From: the human T2T-CHM13v2.0 reference genome, Homo sapiens
Direction: 5' to 3' (one strand)
Length of the DNA stretch: 64,000 bases
Assembly (NCBI RefSeq): GCF_009914755.1
Contig: NC_060941.1
Shown here piece by piece: positions 17,165 to 32,001 of the stretch; positions within the stretch are counted from its first letter, which is position 1; each line of letters starts with the position of its first letter. The notes beneath the pieces are model-generated. The model did not search any database, was not told the origin of the DNA, and was given only the letters and a program-made list of their open reading frames with translations. The translations under genes were made by a program, and so were the position numbers.

Positions 17165-18095
17165 AATTGTGGTATAATACACATAAAATGTACCCTATTA
17201 ACCATTTTAACTGTACAGTTCAGTGGCATTACGTACACTCACACTGTTGTATAATCATCACTAAGATTTTGCAAAGCTGAAACTCTGTTTGCATTAAACT
17301 ATAACCCCCCATTCTCTCTTCCCCCAGCCCCTGGAACCCCCCTCCTACTTTCTGTCTCTATGAGATGGACTACTCTAGGTACCTTATATAAGTGGATTCA
17401 TATAGTGTTTCTACTTTTGTAATTGGCTTATCTCACTCAGCATCATGTCTTCAAGTTTCATCCATGTCGTAGCATGTCAGAATTTCCTTCCTTTTAAGGC
17501 TGAATAATATTCCTTTGTTGTTGTTGTTGTTGTTGTTGTTTTAGACAGAGTCTCGCCCTGTTACCAGCCTGGAGTGCAGTGGTGCAATCTCGGCTCACTG
17601 CAACCTCCACCTCCTATTTTTTTTTAGTAGAGACGGGGTTTCACCATGTTGACGAGGATGGTCTTAATCTCTTGACCTCGTGGTCCGCCCGCCTCGACCT
17701 CCCAAAGTGCTGGGATTACAAGTGTGAGCCACTGTGCCCGGCCCCATTTTATAAATATATCACATTGTGTTTATCCTTTGTCCATCGATGGACACTGGTG
17801 TCACTTCCCCCTTTTGGCTATTAAGAATAATGCTGCTATGAGGGTAGATGTACAAGTATCTCTTCATGTCCCTGCCTTCAATTCTTTTGAGTATATACCC
17901 ACAGGTGAAATTGATGGATCATACAGTAATACTGTGTTTACTATTTTGAGGAGCTGCCCTACTCTTTTCCACAGTAGTTGCCCATTTTACATTCCCATCA
18001 ACAGTGCACAAGGGTGTTAATCTCTCCATATCCATGCCACCACTTGTTTTCTGTTTTATGGACGGTAGCCATCCTGGTGGCTGTGAGGTGGTTAA
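17165..18095 (-). mobile_element. L1M (L1MB-like) 3' end interrupted by an Alu
   Basis: attttaactgtacagttcagtggcatt; ttttacattcccatcaacagtgcacaagggt. Confidence 0.8.
17514..17743 (-). mobile_element. Alu with internal deletion, (GTT)n tail
   Basis: The right-arm segment jumps directly to the A-rich linker (ctccacctcc|tattttttttagtagaga). Confidence 0.9.
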
Positions 18096-18801
18096 TGTAT
18101 TATTTTTCTGTTGATGAATTATCTTGCCTGTTTCTGAGAAAGGCCTGTTCCCTTTGTTCATACTGTTGCCTTAAGGTTATGTTCTTTCCTTTGGTTAGGT
18201 TTAGAGTTTTCTTTCATACTGCTGATACTCCTCCCAGATTAGGCGATTCTTGATTGTACGCTAACATCGTGCCCTTGCAGATATCTGTTAGACAGTGCAC
18301 AGGTGAGCAAGCTTACAGAGAAAACACATGTCACTGATACTTGTGTTTTGGTGAATTCGAGGATTGTAAGGGAGGAATAGGATGAGCCAGGAGCTAGTTT
18401 CAGAGGATGAAGAAATCATGACGCTCTTGGATATTGTCAGCAATCTATAAGGCCCATCGCTGTGTCTCCAAACAGGCTGGATTTGCTGCTACCACTCGAA
18501 GACCTGCAGACAGACATTCCCATGCCCCATAACCAATGCCTAGTCCAATGTAGGGACAGATACAGGATGTCACAGGGGTAGACCTCCTGTCTCAGTACCC
18601 CAGCTAACAATCCTGTTTGATTGAGCCTTGGGTCCCCTCCTGCTCCTTGGCATGGAGGGCTCTTGGCACAGCTTTCAATTCCTCACTTGCAGATCTTAGA
18701 ACTTAGTTTTTCAATCCAATCCCATATGTTTTGTGTGTTTCATAAATTACTTAGGGTTCCAATTCGCTGAGGAATCTCATTCTTCTTTTCTGGTATAGGA
18801 G

Positions 18802-18845
<44 letters not shown>

Positions 18846-19116
18846 GAGACGGGGTCTCGCTCTGTCGCCCAGGCTGGAGTGCAGTGGCGCAATCTTGGCT
18901 CACTGCAAGCTCCGCCTCCTGGGTTCATGCCATTCTCCTGCCTCAGCCTCCTGAGTAGCTGAGACTACAGGCGCCCACCACTACACCTGGCTAATTTTTT
19001 GTATCTTTAGTAGAGATGGGGTTTCTTCACGTTAGCCAGGATGATCTCGATCTCCTGACCTCGTCTCGGCCTCCCAAAGTGCTGGGAATTACAGGCTTGA
19101 GCCACTGCCACCGGCC
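18802..19116 (-). mobile_element. Alu (AluY-like) with adjacent (TA)n
   Basis: Diagnostic gcaagctccgcctcc...ccattctcctg. Confidence 0.95.
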
Positions 19117-20126
19117 TAGGTATACATTTTTAAAACTACCATTTCTGTTATTTATAGGAATCAGGTGTTTGCTCAGTTTGCCATCTTGAAACAGAAAACA
19201 TTTAGTATTTTTGCTGCTAAAAAAAAATAGGAAGTATAAATTAATACGAATTAGAACTTAGCACCTAGAAACAGATTGTGGCTTATATTAGAACTTAAGT
19301 AAATGAAGAAGTTGGCATTATAAATCAGTAAGCAAAGGAAATTTTTTAATAAGTGGCAGTTATATATAGTTTCCCAACTATTTGGGATAAATTAGAGTTA
19401 GAGCCTAGCCTCAAACCATATACCAAATTCCGTATGCAGGGATATCATAATCAAAGGCAAACAATGTGAATGCATAGGTTAGGCTCAGGAGGGGCAGGCT
19501 GAACTGGAAAAGAGAGTTTGTGTGGGGAATAATGTGCATATAGGAAAAGACCTCAAAGGCTAGCATAAGGAGCCACCGCAAGATGCTATACGAAGTAATC
19601 TTATAAAAAGGGAGTTTACGGAAATTGATCTGCTAATGCTGCGTAACATGTATTGCAAGGAGATAACCCACTAATAAAAATAAGAAAAGAAAGATGTGAG
19701 ATGGTTTAGTCTAGATCTGAACTGAAGGTTCTTAACTTTTGTAAGTCTCAGAGACTTCCGAAAATCTGATAAAAGTCATAAGCCAGTCCATAGAAATACT
19801 CATTTACACACATGCAAGCAACATTTTTGCATACAGCATCAGTGATTTAACAGGGCCCTTGAAGACCAAGTTCTTGAGGTGAGAGGGAGAGGAATTTATT
19901 TTGTATTCAGGGAAAATTGAGTTTATCTCCCCAGCTAGCATGTTACGGTCATGAGAATAGTAACTCTCCTATTCACCACTGTATGCCAACAGCAAGCAAT
20001 GCTTTCACATAGTAGGCAGTCTAATATGTAATGAATGATTGAACGAATGTAATGAATTAATGCCTTCAATCTTTATAACTGAAAAATCTGCAAACAATTA
20101 AACCAAAAAAAGAAGTATGGAAATGA

Positions 20127-20505
<379 letters not shown>

Positions 20506-20520
20506 CCAGACCCTCTTTAA

Positions 20521-20887
<367 letters not shown>

Positions 20888-21355
20888 TTCTTTGATCATA
20901 TATTTCTCTTCTTTTAGAAATTCTGCTAAAATGTTTTGTGGCCACTTACTTAAAGATGATGCCCGAAATCAGTGTTCCAGCCCTAACCTCTCAGCCTTTC
21001 TCCAGCCCTATATCTCAATTGTTTATCAGGCACCTTATTTCATATTTACCAGGACAACAAAAATTCAGGTTGTCTAAAATTATGCTCATCGTTTTTTCAG
21101 AGTTCTCTGTCAACTTTATTATAACATAACTCTGATACATGTTTTCAGAACCCTAAATCTTTAAGCTTTAAATTAAAGGAGCTTAAATTTGGAAGCCTTG
21201 GCTTTCTTTGGGAATCTAAAGTGTGCTACGGACCCATACCCAAGAAAATAATGCATATACGCAGATATAGTTGCATACATCAAGTAGCTGTATTTCTTGC
21301 AACATATCCAAAGATCCCAGACTAACAACCTCTTGAAAGATAGTAATATATATTT

Positions 21356-21670
<315 letters not shown>

Positions 21671-21719
21671 TCAATAAGCATATATTTCTATCCTCCTTCA
21701 TGTCCCCAAACTCTTCTAA

Positions 21720-22162
<443 letters not shown>

Positions 22163-22625
22163 GCAGTGGGAGATTTTTATAAACTTCGTCTTCATTTGAT
22201 TAAGATCTATGATATTGAAAGATAAAATAATTGAGAATTCTTATTTATAATTGGTATAATGTATAAAATGTGTTATTTAATGGAAAACTTGGAAAACAAC
22301 TTGTTCCTATCACATCTGGATAGAAATTCACCAGTAAGACTGCCGGGGCCTGAATATTTTTGTATGTGTGTGTATGTGTGTGGGGGGGTTATAATAATCA
22401 ATCTATGATTTAATAAACATATTGCTATTCAGATTTTCTGTGTTTTTGGTATCAATTTTGGTAAGCTTTAGTTTTCACGAAATGTGTCCACTTTAAGTTG
22501 TTTAATTTATTAACACAAATTTGTTAATTATATTTTCTCATTATCTTTAATGTCTAGAATATATGGTTATAACACATTTTTTTAGTCCTGTTATTGATAA
22601 ATTTTATTCTCTACCTTTATAATCA

Positions 22626-22949
<324 letters not shown>

Positions 22950-25121
22950 CTAGCTTTTGGCATTGTCAATTTTTTCTACTACTTGTCTGTTTTCTATTAT
23001 AAAGATTTCTGCTTTAATCTTTATTATTTCTTATTTCTCCTTACTATGAGCATACTTCTTTTTTATCTTCTTACAGTAGAATCTTAGGTCACTGATTTAA
23101 TGTTTCTCTTTTTCTAATATAAGTATTTAAAACTCTAAGTTTCCCTCTCATCACTGCTTTAGCTGTATCTCATAAGTTGTAATATGGGTTATGGGAAATT
23201 ATGATATGAAGTAGTTATAATATGTTGTATATTTTTTATTATTCGGTTTAAAATATTTTTAATTACTCTCATGATTTTGTGTTGACTATGAATTATCTAG
23301 AAATGTATTGCCAAAGATTTTTGTTAATAGTATATTGCTTTTGAGTTAGAATTAATTCCAATGTGGTCAGAAAACATACTCTATATGAGAGCAATTATTT
23401 CAAATTTATTAAAACTTATTCTATGGCCTAGTGTATATTGGTGAATGTACCATGTACACTTGAAAAGAATGTTTATTCTGCAGTTGTTAGGTGTAGTGCT
23501 AAACAAATATTAATTATATCAAGATGTTTGATATTATTGCTCAAATCCTCTATGTCATTAGTATTTTTTTAAATGTAGTTATATCTGATGTTGAGAGAGG
23601 AGTCTTAAAATCTCCTACTGTCATTTTGAAATTGTCTATTTATTCCTTTAATTCTGTCCATTTTTGTTTCATGTATTTTGAGGTTCTGTTCTTAAATGCA
23701 TATCCGTTTATAATTGCTATGTCTTCCTGATGAATTCTGCCACTTACAATTATAAAATTTCCATTATTTATCTCTGACAAAATAGACTTGATGTCTATTT
23801 TATGTGATATTAATATAGTTATTTCAGCTTTCTTATGCTTGCTGTCTGTATGGTATACCTTTTTTCCATCTACTTACTTTCAACCAATCTGACACTTTAT
23901 ATATAAAGTGTGTCTCTTGCAGACAACATATAATTGAATATGGCCTTTATAAATTCTTTCTGATACACTCTGTTTTATTTGAGCATTTCAACTATTAAAA
24001 TTTGATGTAATTATTGGCATGGTTGGATTTGGATCTACCATTATATTACTTGTTTTTTGTTTGTCCCTATACTTTTTGTTCCTATATTCCCCCTCTCTTG
24101 CCTTCTTTGGATTACTTGATATTTTTAGCATTGTTTCAATTTATTGGGTTTTTTTAGTTACACCCTTTGTGTTTTTATTATTGGTTACAATATAATCATT
24201 AACTGTGACAGTCTACCTATAGTTAGTATTATACCACTACATGTGAAGTATAGAAATTTGGCAGTCATAAGAAGTCCTTTATGTTATCACTGTAATCTGT
24301 ATTACATCTATGTGCTTTAAGAGCATCGCAAGACAATGTTATAATTTTTCCTTATAAAGTTGTATATGTTTAAGAAGAAATATAAATATCTTTAATATTT
24401 ATTAATAGAGTTGCCATTTCTGACATTCTTTATTCATTCCTGAATATCTGTGTTATCTTCTGGTATCATTTCCCTTGAGCCTGAAGAATTTACTTAAGCA
24501 TTTCTTGTAAGAAATTATATTATTTTTTCTTTACCTGAAAATATCTTTATTTCACCTTCATTCCTAGAGGTCATTTTCTATTCTGAGTTGGTAGATTGGG
24601 GGGCGGGGTGTTTATCTGTTTCTCTTTTTGTTTTTTATTTTCTAGCTTTCATTGTTTCTGAAGAGAATTCTGTGGCTATGTAAATCAACATTTTTCTTTA
24701 TATAATATGTTGTGTCTCCCCCACCTGTTTTTAAGATTTTTCTCTCTATCTTTAGCTTCAGCCATTGGATTATTATGTATCTAAGTGTGGTTTTCTGTGA
24801 ATATATTTGGTGTAGGGTTTACTGAGCCTTTTGAATCTGTACATTTTTTTTCACCAACTTCAGGAAGTTTTTGTGATTTTGAAACTGTCTATTTATTCCT
24901 TTAATTCTGTCCATTTTTGCTTCATGTATTTTGAGGTTCTGTTCTTAAATGCATATCCATTTATAATTGCTATTCCCTCTTATAATTACGAAATTTCCAT
25001 TCTTTATCTCTGACAATACTCTGTGACTTGATATCTATTTTATGTGACATTAATCTGCTCCACTTCAATTAAATTAAAACTTGCTCTATGACTCTGCTCT
25101 GCTTCTGGGACTCTTAATTCC

Positions 25122-25205
25122 CTAACGTTAGACTTTTAGATATTGTCACACGAATCCCTGAGGCTAATGTTAGACTTTTAGATATTGTCACACTAGTTCC
25201 TGAGG
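25122..25205. repeat. 42-bp tandem duplication (2 copies)
   Basis: ctaacgttagacttttagatattgtcacacgaatccctgagg / ctaatgttagacttttagatattgtcacactagttcctgagg. Confidence 0.92.
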
Positions 25206-26019
25206 CTCTGCTCATTTTTTTTTCATCTTTTTTCTCTCTCTTCTTCAGTTTGATCTGTCTTCAAGTTTACTGACTCATTCCTTTGATATTCTTCTATTAA
25301 GTCCATTCAATAATTTTTTATTCCAAATATTGTATTGTTAAGTTTTAATGTTTCTACTTGGTTTCTTTTTATGTGTTCTATTTTGCTGCTGAGATTTCCT
25401 ATTTTTTGTCCATTTCTTTTACTTCATTGAACCTAGTTGGAAATAACTATTTTAAAGTATTTGTCTGATAATTTCAACATCTGACCCATCTCGAGGTTTG
25501 CATCTGTTCATTGTCTTTTCCATTTAGAATTGGTCACATTTTCCTAGTTTTTTGTGTTAGAGTATTTTAGATTGTATTCTGGACATTGTGAGCCTTATCT
25601 AGTCTCCAAGTTCTGTTGCAGTCCTCTGGAAAACACGGTTTTTATTTTAGCAGATGATTAATCCAAGTGGATTCAAGCTTTAAGCTCTCTCTTGTCAGTG
25701 TATACAGAGAAAATGGAATATCCATGAGGAGGAGTCTGAATTTCCAAAGATAGAATGTGTTTGGAGGAGAGGGGGCAATGGGAAGGAGAACATTGTAAAT
25801 ACTGCCCTCAGAAGTTAATAATTCAATATTATTTAATTTTTACTATTACATGTATATGATATGTATAATCTATTTGTGTTATAGATACGTAATATTGGGA
25901 ACATACTTATATTTATTTATAATGTATAATTTTGAGAATTTTACAGTGTTTTAATTTTTCTAAGAAAAGCACAACTCCAATAGTCCTTCTTTGAATTCCC
26001 AGGAGAATTCCAGATTCTC

Positions 26020-26240
26020 ATAATACTACCACTTATCAAAATGTCATTACATGTGCCAGACATTCTGCTAAGCAATGTGCATACATTGTTTTATCAAACT
26101 TTATGGCAACACCACCAGGTAGGCATTGTTTTTATTTACAAACGAGGAAACTGAGGGTCAGAGAGGTTAAGCAACTTGCTTAGGGATACACAGCTATTAA
26201 GGGGGTAGAGATGAGATGTGAACCTAGGTGGGACTCTGTC
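26020..26240. mobile_element. MIR SINE
   Basis: MIR core acaaacgaggaaactgagggtcagagaggttaagcaacttgc. Confidence 0.75.
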
Positions 26241-26590
26241 TCCCCTTTTGATATCACTGGTTGCCAACCAAGTGGAATTAGATGATATTTATCTTGCAAA
26301 TGACAGAGTGTAGAGAGAGAGAGCATGGCACTGCGAAAATAACAATCACTTCAAAGAGGAGACAAGTATTCTAATTCTAGTTTGGGACAGACTTACTGCA
26401 AAACCTTGTAACCTTCTCAGCTTCTCTCCTTCTTCTTCCACTGTGTCTACAACAGAAATTAAAATGTACTTCAAATAATTTACAGAACTCTTTTAGAAAT
26501 AAAATGAGACGATCTATGAATGTGTAATGAAAATATAATGATTGTAATGATATTTAGCCCAACTCACAAACTAACACTCCCTTTTCTAAG

Positions 26591-26656
26591 TTTTACAGTT
26601 AAGACTTCAACAAAGAAGGACCCAGGAACAACTGGCTAACCAAGGCATAATACCAC
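26591..26656 (+). CDS. MYOCD: MYOCD exon 2 (66 nt, phase 1-1), RPEL1 / N-terminal region
   Basis: Branch-like ACTAAC at 26570, then cttttctaag|TT TTA CAG...ATA ATA CCA C|gtgagt. Encodes (V)LQLRLQQRRTQEQLANQGIIP(P). Confidence 0.96.
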
Positions 26657-27437
26657 GTGAGTACCTGCATCTCTTAATTACTGATATACATAGGGCCACA
26701 CCATTTGGGAGCTGGAAAGTGCCTCAGAGGTCATTTAGTTTAAGCCAATGCATTGGTCTCCGAAGATCTTCAAAGCATTGGTATCAGCAGAAATCCCAGA
26801 CCTTGGATGCTTTGCCCCGACTGCTACCTACTCACCTGCAAGGGGCTCCTTTTAATGATACTGGTTATGCCTAAAATTCCAATGTAGTGGATTTGTTCTC
26901 AGGGTAAACACAATTCATTATGGGCACCCCTGACTCATCTACTTTTAAAATTGGATATAATTAATATTCTTTCCAGAAGCATCAATTACATCATCTTTTT
27001 CTCACTTCCTGAATTTCAGTTCTGTTTGGGATATTGGAGTCCACAAGTCATTGAATATTGGTCAAGTATTTCCTTTCTAGAAGGTGGAGTGGCAATACCA
27101 TTTTAGCATAAATGATATAATGTTGAATTACTGGCCACGAACTGGGTAAAAGAAGAAGGATTATTGTATCTTTTAGAAGATATATTTTAAATTTTCTACC
27201 AATTCAGCAATGAAAGCTAACTCTTGGTTATCTGTAGAAATAGAGAAAAGGGTACCCTGGATGAATAAGTCATGGGTAAAGCTGCTCTAGGTCATAGATT
27301 CTAACTTCCTCTCCAACAAAATTTAAAAATCAAGATCTATAATGACTTGTGCAGAAATTCAGGTGTCTGTAAAATGCTGTTGTGACTGTTACTTCAGAGT
27401 TCAGTATACAACAAGCAGAAGTTTGCCCTTGAAAAAC

Positions 27438-27545
27438 TGTAGTGTAGTTAGTTGTATTGAAGCCCTATGTATAGCCCTATATAGTGTAGTTAGTTACATT
27501 AGTTAGAAAAAATGTTGTGTAGTTAGTTATATTGAAGCGCTATGA
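27438..27545. repeat. Imperfect triplication of gtgtagttagtt(g/a)tattgaagc
   Basis: Three copies of gtgtagttagtt, at about 27442, 27484 and 27517. Confidence 0.85.
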
Positions 27546-28886
27546 CCCATGGCTAAACATTGAAAGTTTAGTCTTTGTTTCAGAGCCAGAACAGAACTAA
27601 GAATTTTTCAGGCCTCTTGTTTTGTAATTCAAAAGTAATCCTTTGTTCATGGCTAAGCTCTAGAATAGTAAACAGTATGTGACCTTAAAGTGGGACAACT
27701 CTGTTAGAGGTTTGTGAAGTACAAAAGAAACAGCTCACCCTGTGATTTCAAGGCTGTTTAAACAACGTTGACAACTATGCTGAGGAAGCAAAGGAGCAAG
27801 TCTATGTGTGGCCTGTTTCATCTTAGCCTTTCTTTGGAGGTGCTAAAGACAGGAAGAAACCAAAGGTCTGCGGATGTCAGATCAGGTCAAGACAATTTCA
27901 CTCAAAGCTGATAATCTATCCCTTCACCGATGTTTCTTTCTCTTTAATTCTGGAAAGGCAAGTGGAGCAAATGGACCTGCAACCTTTCCGTAAGCCCAAG
28001 TTGTACACATCTGATTTAAAGTTGGACTCATGTGCTTAAATACTCTGAGCCTGGGTCTTGCAGCTGGCATTTGGCTGAGAATAAATATTTTTGGAGGGAT
28101 ACGGGGTTAAATCTGAAAATTAGTAAAAACACCCAATGAAGATGGTAATTAACCCTAGCATACATTGTAAAATAACACCTATCATGTAAGTTATATAAAT
28201 CAAATGTTCATTTGTATAGTAGAGTCCAATGAAATATAATATTTTGTTCCCCAGGAATTCCAGAATCAAATAATATGCATATTAACAAAATACCACTTAT
28301 TAGAAATTTTGCATCATTAGTCCATGGCATCATTAAGATAATTTCTAGAAAAAAATCCTACAAATCATGAAATAATAAAGCATTTTAAAATCACACACTA
28401 TGATGAAGGTTTTCCCCAATCTGCAGCTACCTCCTTTCAACCAGGCTTTCCAAGAGTGTAGAGTCTGCTGTGGAAAAGTGTCCAAGTCACGGCTGGTGCA
28501 CACTGCAGGCCCTGCCTGTACAGACCTTTTCTACTTAGCTCTTCTCAGGAAGCTAGAGATAGGATGCATCTCTTCACCTGCTGATGGTTAGCCTCTTCAG
28601 TCCAATCAGAGATTAAACATGCAATCTACATGCATTTCAGCAGAGCAGTGTGTTTCCTCTGGCACCTAAGGAAACATGTCTAAATGCAAACAATTGGGAG
28701 AAGGAAAGAGGAACCAAGGGCCTCAGGATATTTTCAATTCAATATAATTCAACAAATTTTATTATAAACCAGGCTATGTACACGGGACCATGCCAGGCAC
28801 TTTAGGGACAACAATAATAAGCAAGATGGTCCCTCAGAGAGAGTCAAGATATTAGGGGGAAAGCTGATAAAAAGCACACAGAAGCA

Positions 28887-29274
<388 letters not shown>

Positions 29275-29861
29275 TCATTCTATTATTTAAATTTTTTGAA
29301 ACAGAAAGTAAAAGAAAAGGAGAAAGGAAAAGAGGAAGAAAAGTTAATCATCCTCAGAGCCTACCTAATTCTGTGATTTTCTAATTTTTTAATTGTTACG
29401 TCTTATGCACTATATATATGTGTGTGTGTGTGTATACATATATACATATATATGCACTGGCTGAGGCAGTGTCAAGGATCTATGCCCCAATTACTGGGCC
29501 TCTCCTTGTCCCTTCCAGAAGCCCCCTGATAATTCTCTCTGCAGTGCTGGTTCTCTTCAGAATAGAGTTTGAAAACCCCTGACCTACCCCAGTCCCTGTT
29601 TGTCTTTAATGTTCATGAAACTGAGGTTAAAGAGGCCTAAGAGGTTTTTCAGATGTCCCAAAGCCTACATCTAATATGGTCCCATTTTCTGCAGTTTGAT
29701 TGATGAGAATGTAAATGCATGCCAGATAAAATTATTCATAAAATCTTGCTTTATTCATAAGATTTGAAATAGTTGCAATCTTTCTAAACATGTCATAAAT
29801 TGTCAAAACTCAAAGTTGATGGCCAAGTGAACTGTTAATTGTCCTTATCAAATAGAAATAC

Positions 29862-30153
29862 TTTTTTTTTTTTTGAGACAGAGTCTCACTGTGTCGCCCA
29901 GGCTGGAGTGCAGTAGCGTGATCTCGGCTCACTGCAACCTCCGTCTCCCAGGTTCACGCCATTCTCCTGCCTCAGCCTCCGAGTAGCTGGGACTACAGGC
30001 ACGTGCCACCATGCCTGGCTAATTTTTTGTATTTTTAGTAGAGACAGGTTTCACCATGTTGGCCAGGATGGTCTCGAACTCCTGACTTCGTGATCCACCC
30101 ACCTCGGGTTCCCAAAGTGCTGGGATTACAGGCGTGAGCCACCGCGCCTGGCC
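29862..30153 (-). mobile_element. Alu
   Basis: Reverse Alu dimer. Confidence 0.95.
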
Positions 30154-31957
30154 AGCAATACTATTTTTAACTGGTCGACAGAAGCACCTGCCACCAATTA
30201 GTCTTGAGTTTTACATTAGGTTAAATCTTCAGGGCTTATCCCCTGGATAACATGCAACCCCTTCCTATTGTGGAGGAGCTGAGGCCAGAACCTGTGTCTC
30301 CTGATCCCCGCCTAGGCTCCTTTTTTCAAACGTTCAAAATGAATCGCTTGGCCTTTAAAACCACTTATATTGCTATCATAAGGCATTTTATGGCCAAAAA
30401 ATTCAGTTAGAACTTAGAAAATTTCAAAAGTGTGTCGTGCGAAAATGCCAAAGATAAAACAATGATTTAAATGCAATGGCTTCAGATTCTACATCATAAT
30501 CTATGTTTCGCCATGATGAGCATTGAATGAAAGGTTTCACTGACTTAGCTGTATGGCAGGTCTCCCTTCAATTGCATTCCAAATTGATAATTAAATTATG
30601 AGGCTCCTCCCCCATTGACTCTAATGAGGTGAATCATGTGTAATTCTAGTGAAACTAATCCAAATGGATTGAAATTTTCTTCCTTCCCTTTTCCTGGGCA
30701 TGCATTCTGCAGGGTTTGAGGTTGCTGCTGAGTAATAAACAGTGGTTAGCAACCAGCAACAAATTGTTTTTTATAATCCCCATGAATCACTTCTCTTAAA
30801 CATTCACTTTGTTCTTATGTGTGGGCATTATGAGTTTAGGCTAATTTCCCTCTTTACATGCTTTGAATGAATTTAAAGGCACCATCTCTTGACTTTTAGT
30901 CAAGACAGGCAGGGTTCTGAGGCCAGCACAGAATCACTGGAACAACTTAAGGGTTCTCAGACCAGGTGCATTTACAATGGCAGTTGTGAAATTCACATTT
31001 TCAAACTCGGCATGAAACCTTAATAAAATAGTCTCTCAAAGTTAACTTAGAAATATTACTTAAAGGACTTATTGTTTAGATTTATCTCCAAAATCTCACC
31101 TCTAAATCTCAATATGGAGATTTCAAATTGCCTACTTTGCCATCATCAACCAGGATTCATAGGAAATGGTTTCACTATCCCACCCTTTTGGGCTCAAGGT
31201 TGCAAGAGAACATCAAGGTTCTCTACATTCTCGTGGCATTAGGACAGAGAGTCCACCTCCTTCCCTAGACCTATTGGGCCTGTTCATCATTTCTTATGCA
31301 AATTTTCTCTCCTGCAATTCTTCTCCCTGGGTATCACTCTCCTGGGTAAAATTTTAAATAACACCATTTTATTCCAACCGCTTCTGAAGACTTAGTGTGG
31401 AAAGATGACCAGCCATGTAAATCAGACTCAATAAACTGGTCATAGAGCATTTCAGTAAATCTTTATTAATCCTCTGCTGTGAGAAAGGCTCTGGGGAACA
31501 CACACAGAGAAGTCAGACTCAACTTCTGTTTCAAAGCGCTTCCAGTCTAGGAGGGGCCCCAAACCACCCCCATTTAATCATCCCATTTAATGATTTTGGA
31601 CAACCTCACACCACTACATGGGAATGGCTATCCAGGAAGATTGAAGGAAAGATGACTTTTTCCTCTCCGTCTCCCTCTGCTACTAAAGTGAATCTATGAT
31701 GTTTAACCCAGGGGAGAGATGAAAGAAGGTTTAATTTATTCTCCTGGAATACAGAAGATGAGATTAGAGATCTAAAGTGGACTTGAGAGGACACGGGGCC
31801 CGGGGAGGCTGCTACGTGTCCACAGAGTCTCAGAGAAAGCCCCTGCTGGCCAGAATGAAATGTCTGGGCAGCTTGGTTTCATGATCTGATCAATGTAAAT
31901 GAATTTAAAGATACAATGAGCTGTCTATGAATGGTGCTGCCTTTATTTTTTTTGCAG

Positions 31958-32001
31958 ACTAATCCAAGCTACAGCAGCCACATACTTACTGCAAAACCTT
32001 G
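31958..32001 (+). other. MYOCD: MYOCD alternative exon 2a (44 nt, in-frame stop; smooth-muscle isoform switch)
   Basis: ctttattttttttgcag|ACTAATCC...AACCTTG|gtaaat, exactly 44 nt. Joined to exon 2 it reads C|AC TAA (stop at 31960-31962). This matches the known 44-nt exon 2a, which shifts initiation to the exon-4 ATG. Confidence 0.9.

Noticed and set aside
17490-17499. Perfect CArG CCTTTTAAGG
   Set aside because: Lies in L1 3' sequence, where similar motifs are inherited from the repeat; no supporting context.
25122-27545. Short direct repeats as a CRISPR-like array
   Set aside because: Eukaryotic DNA; only 2-3 copies, no unique regular spacers and no cas genes.
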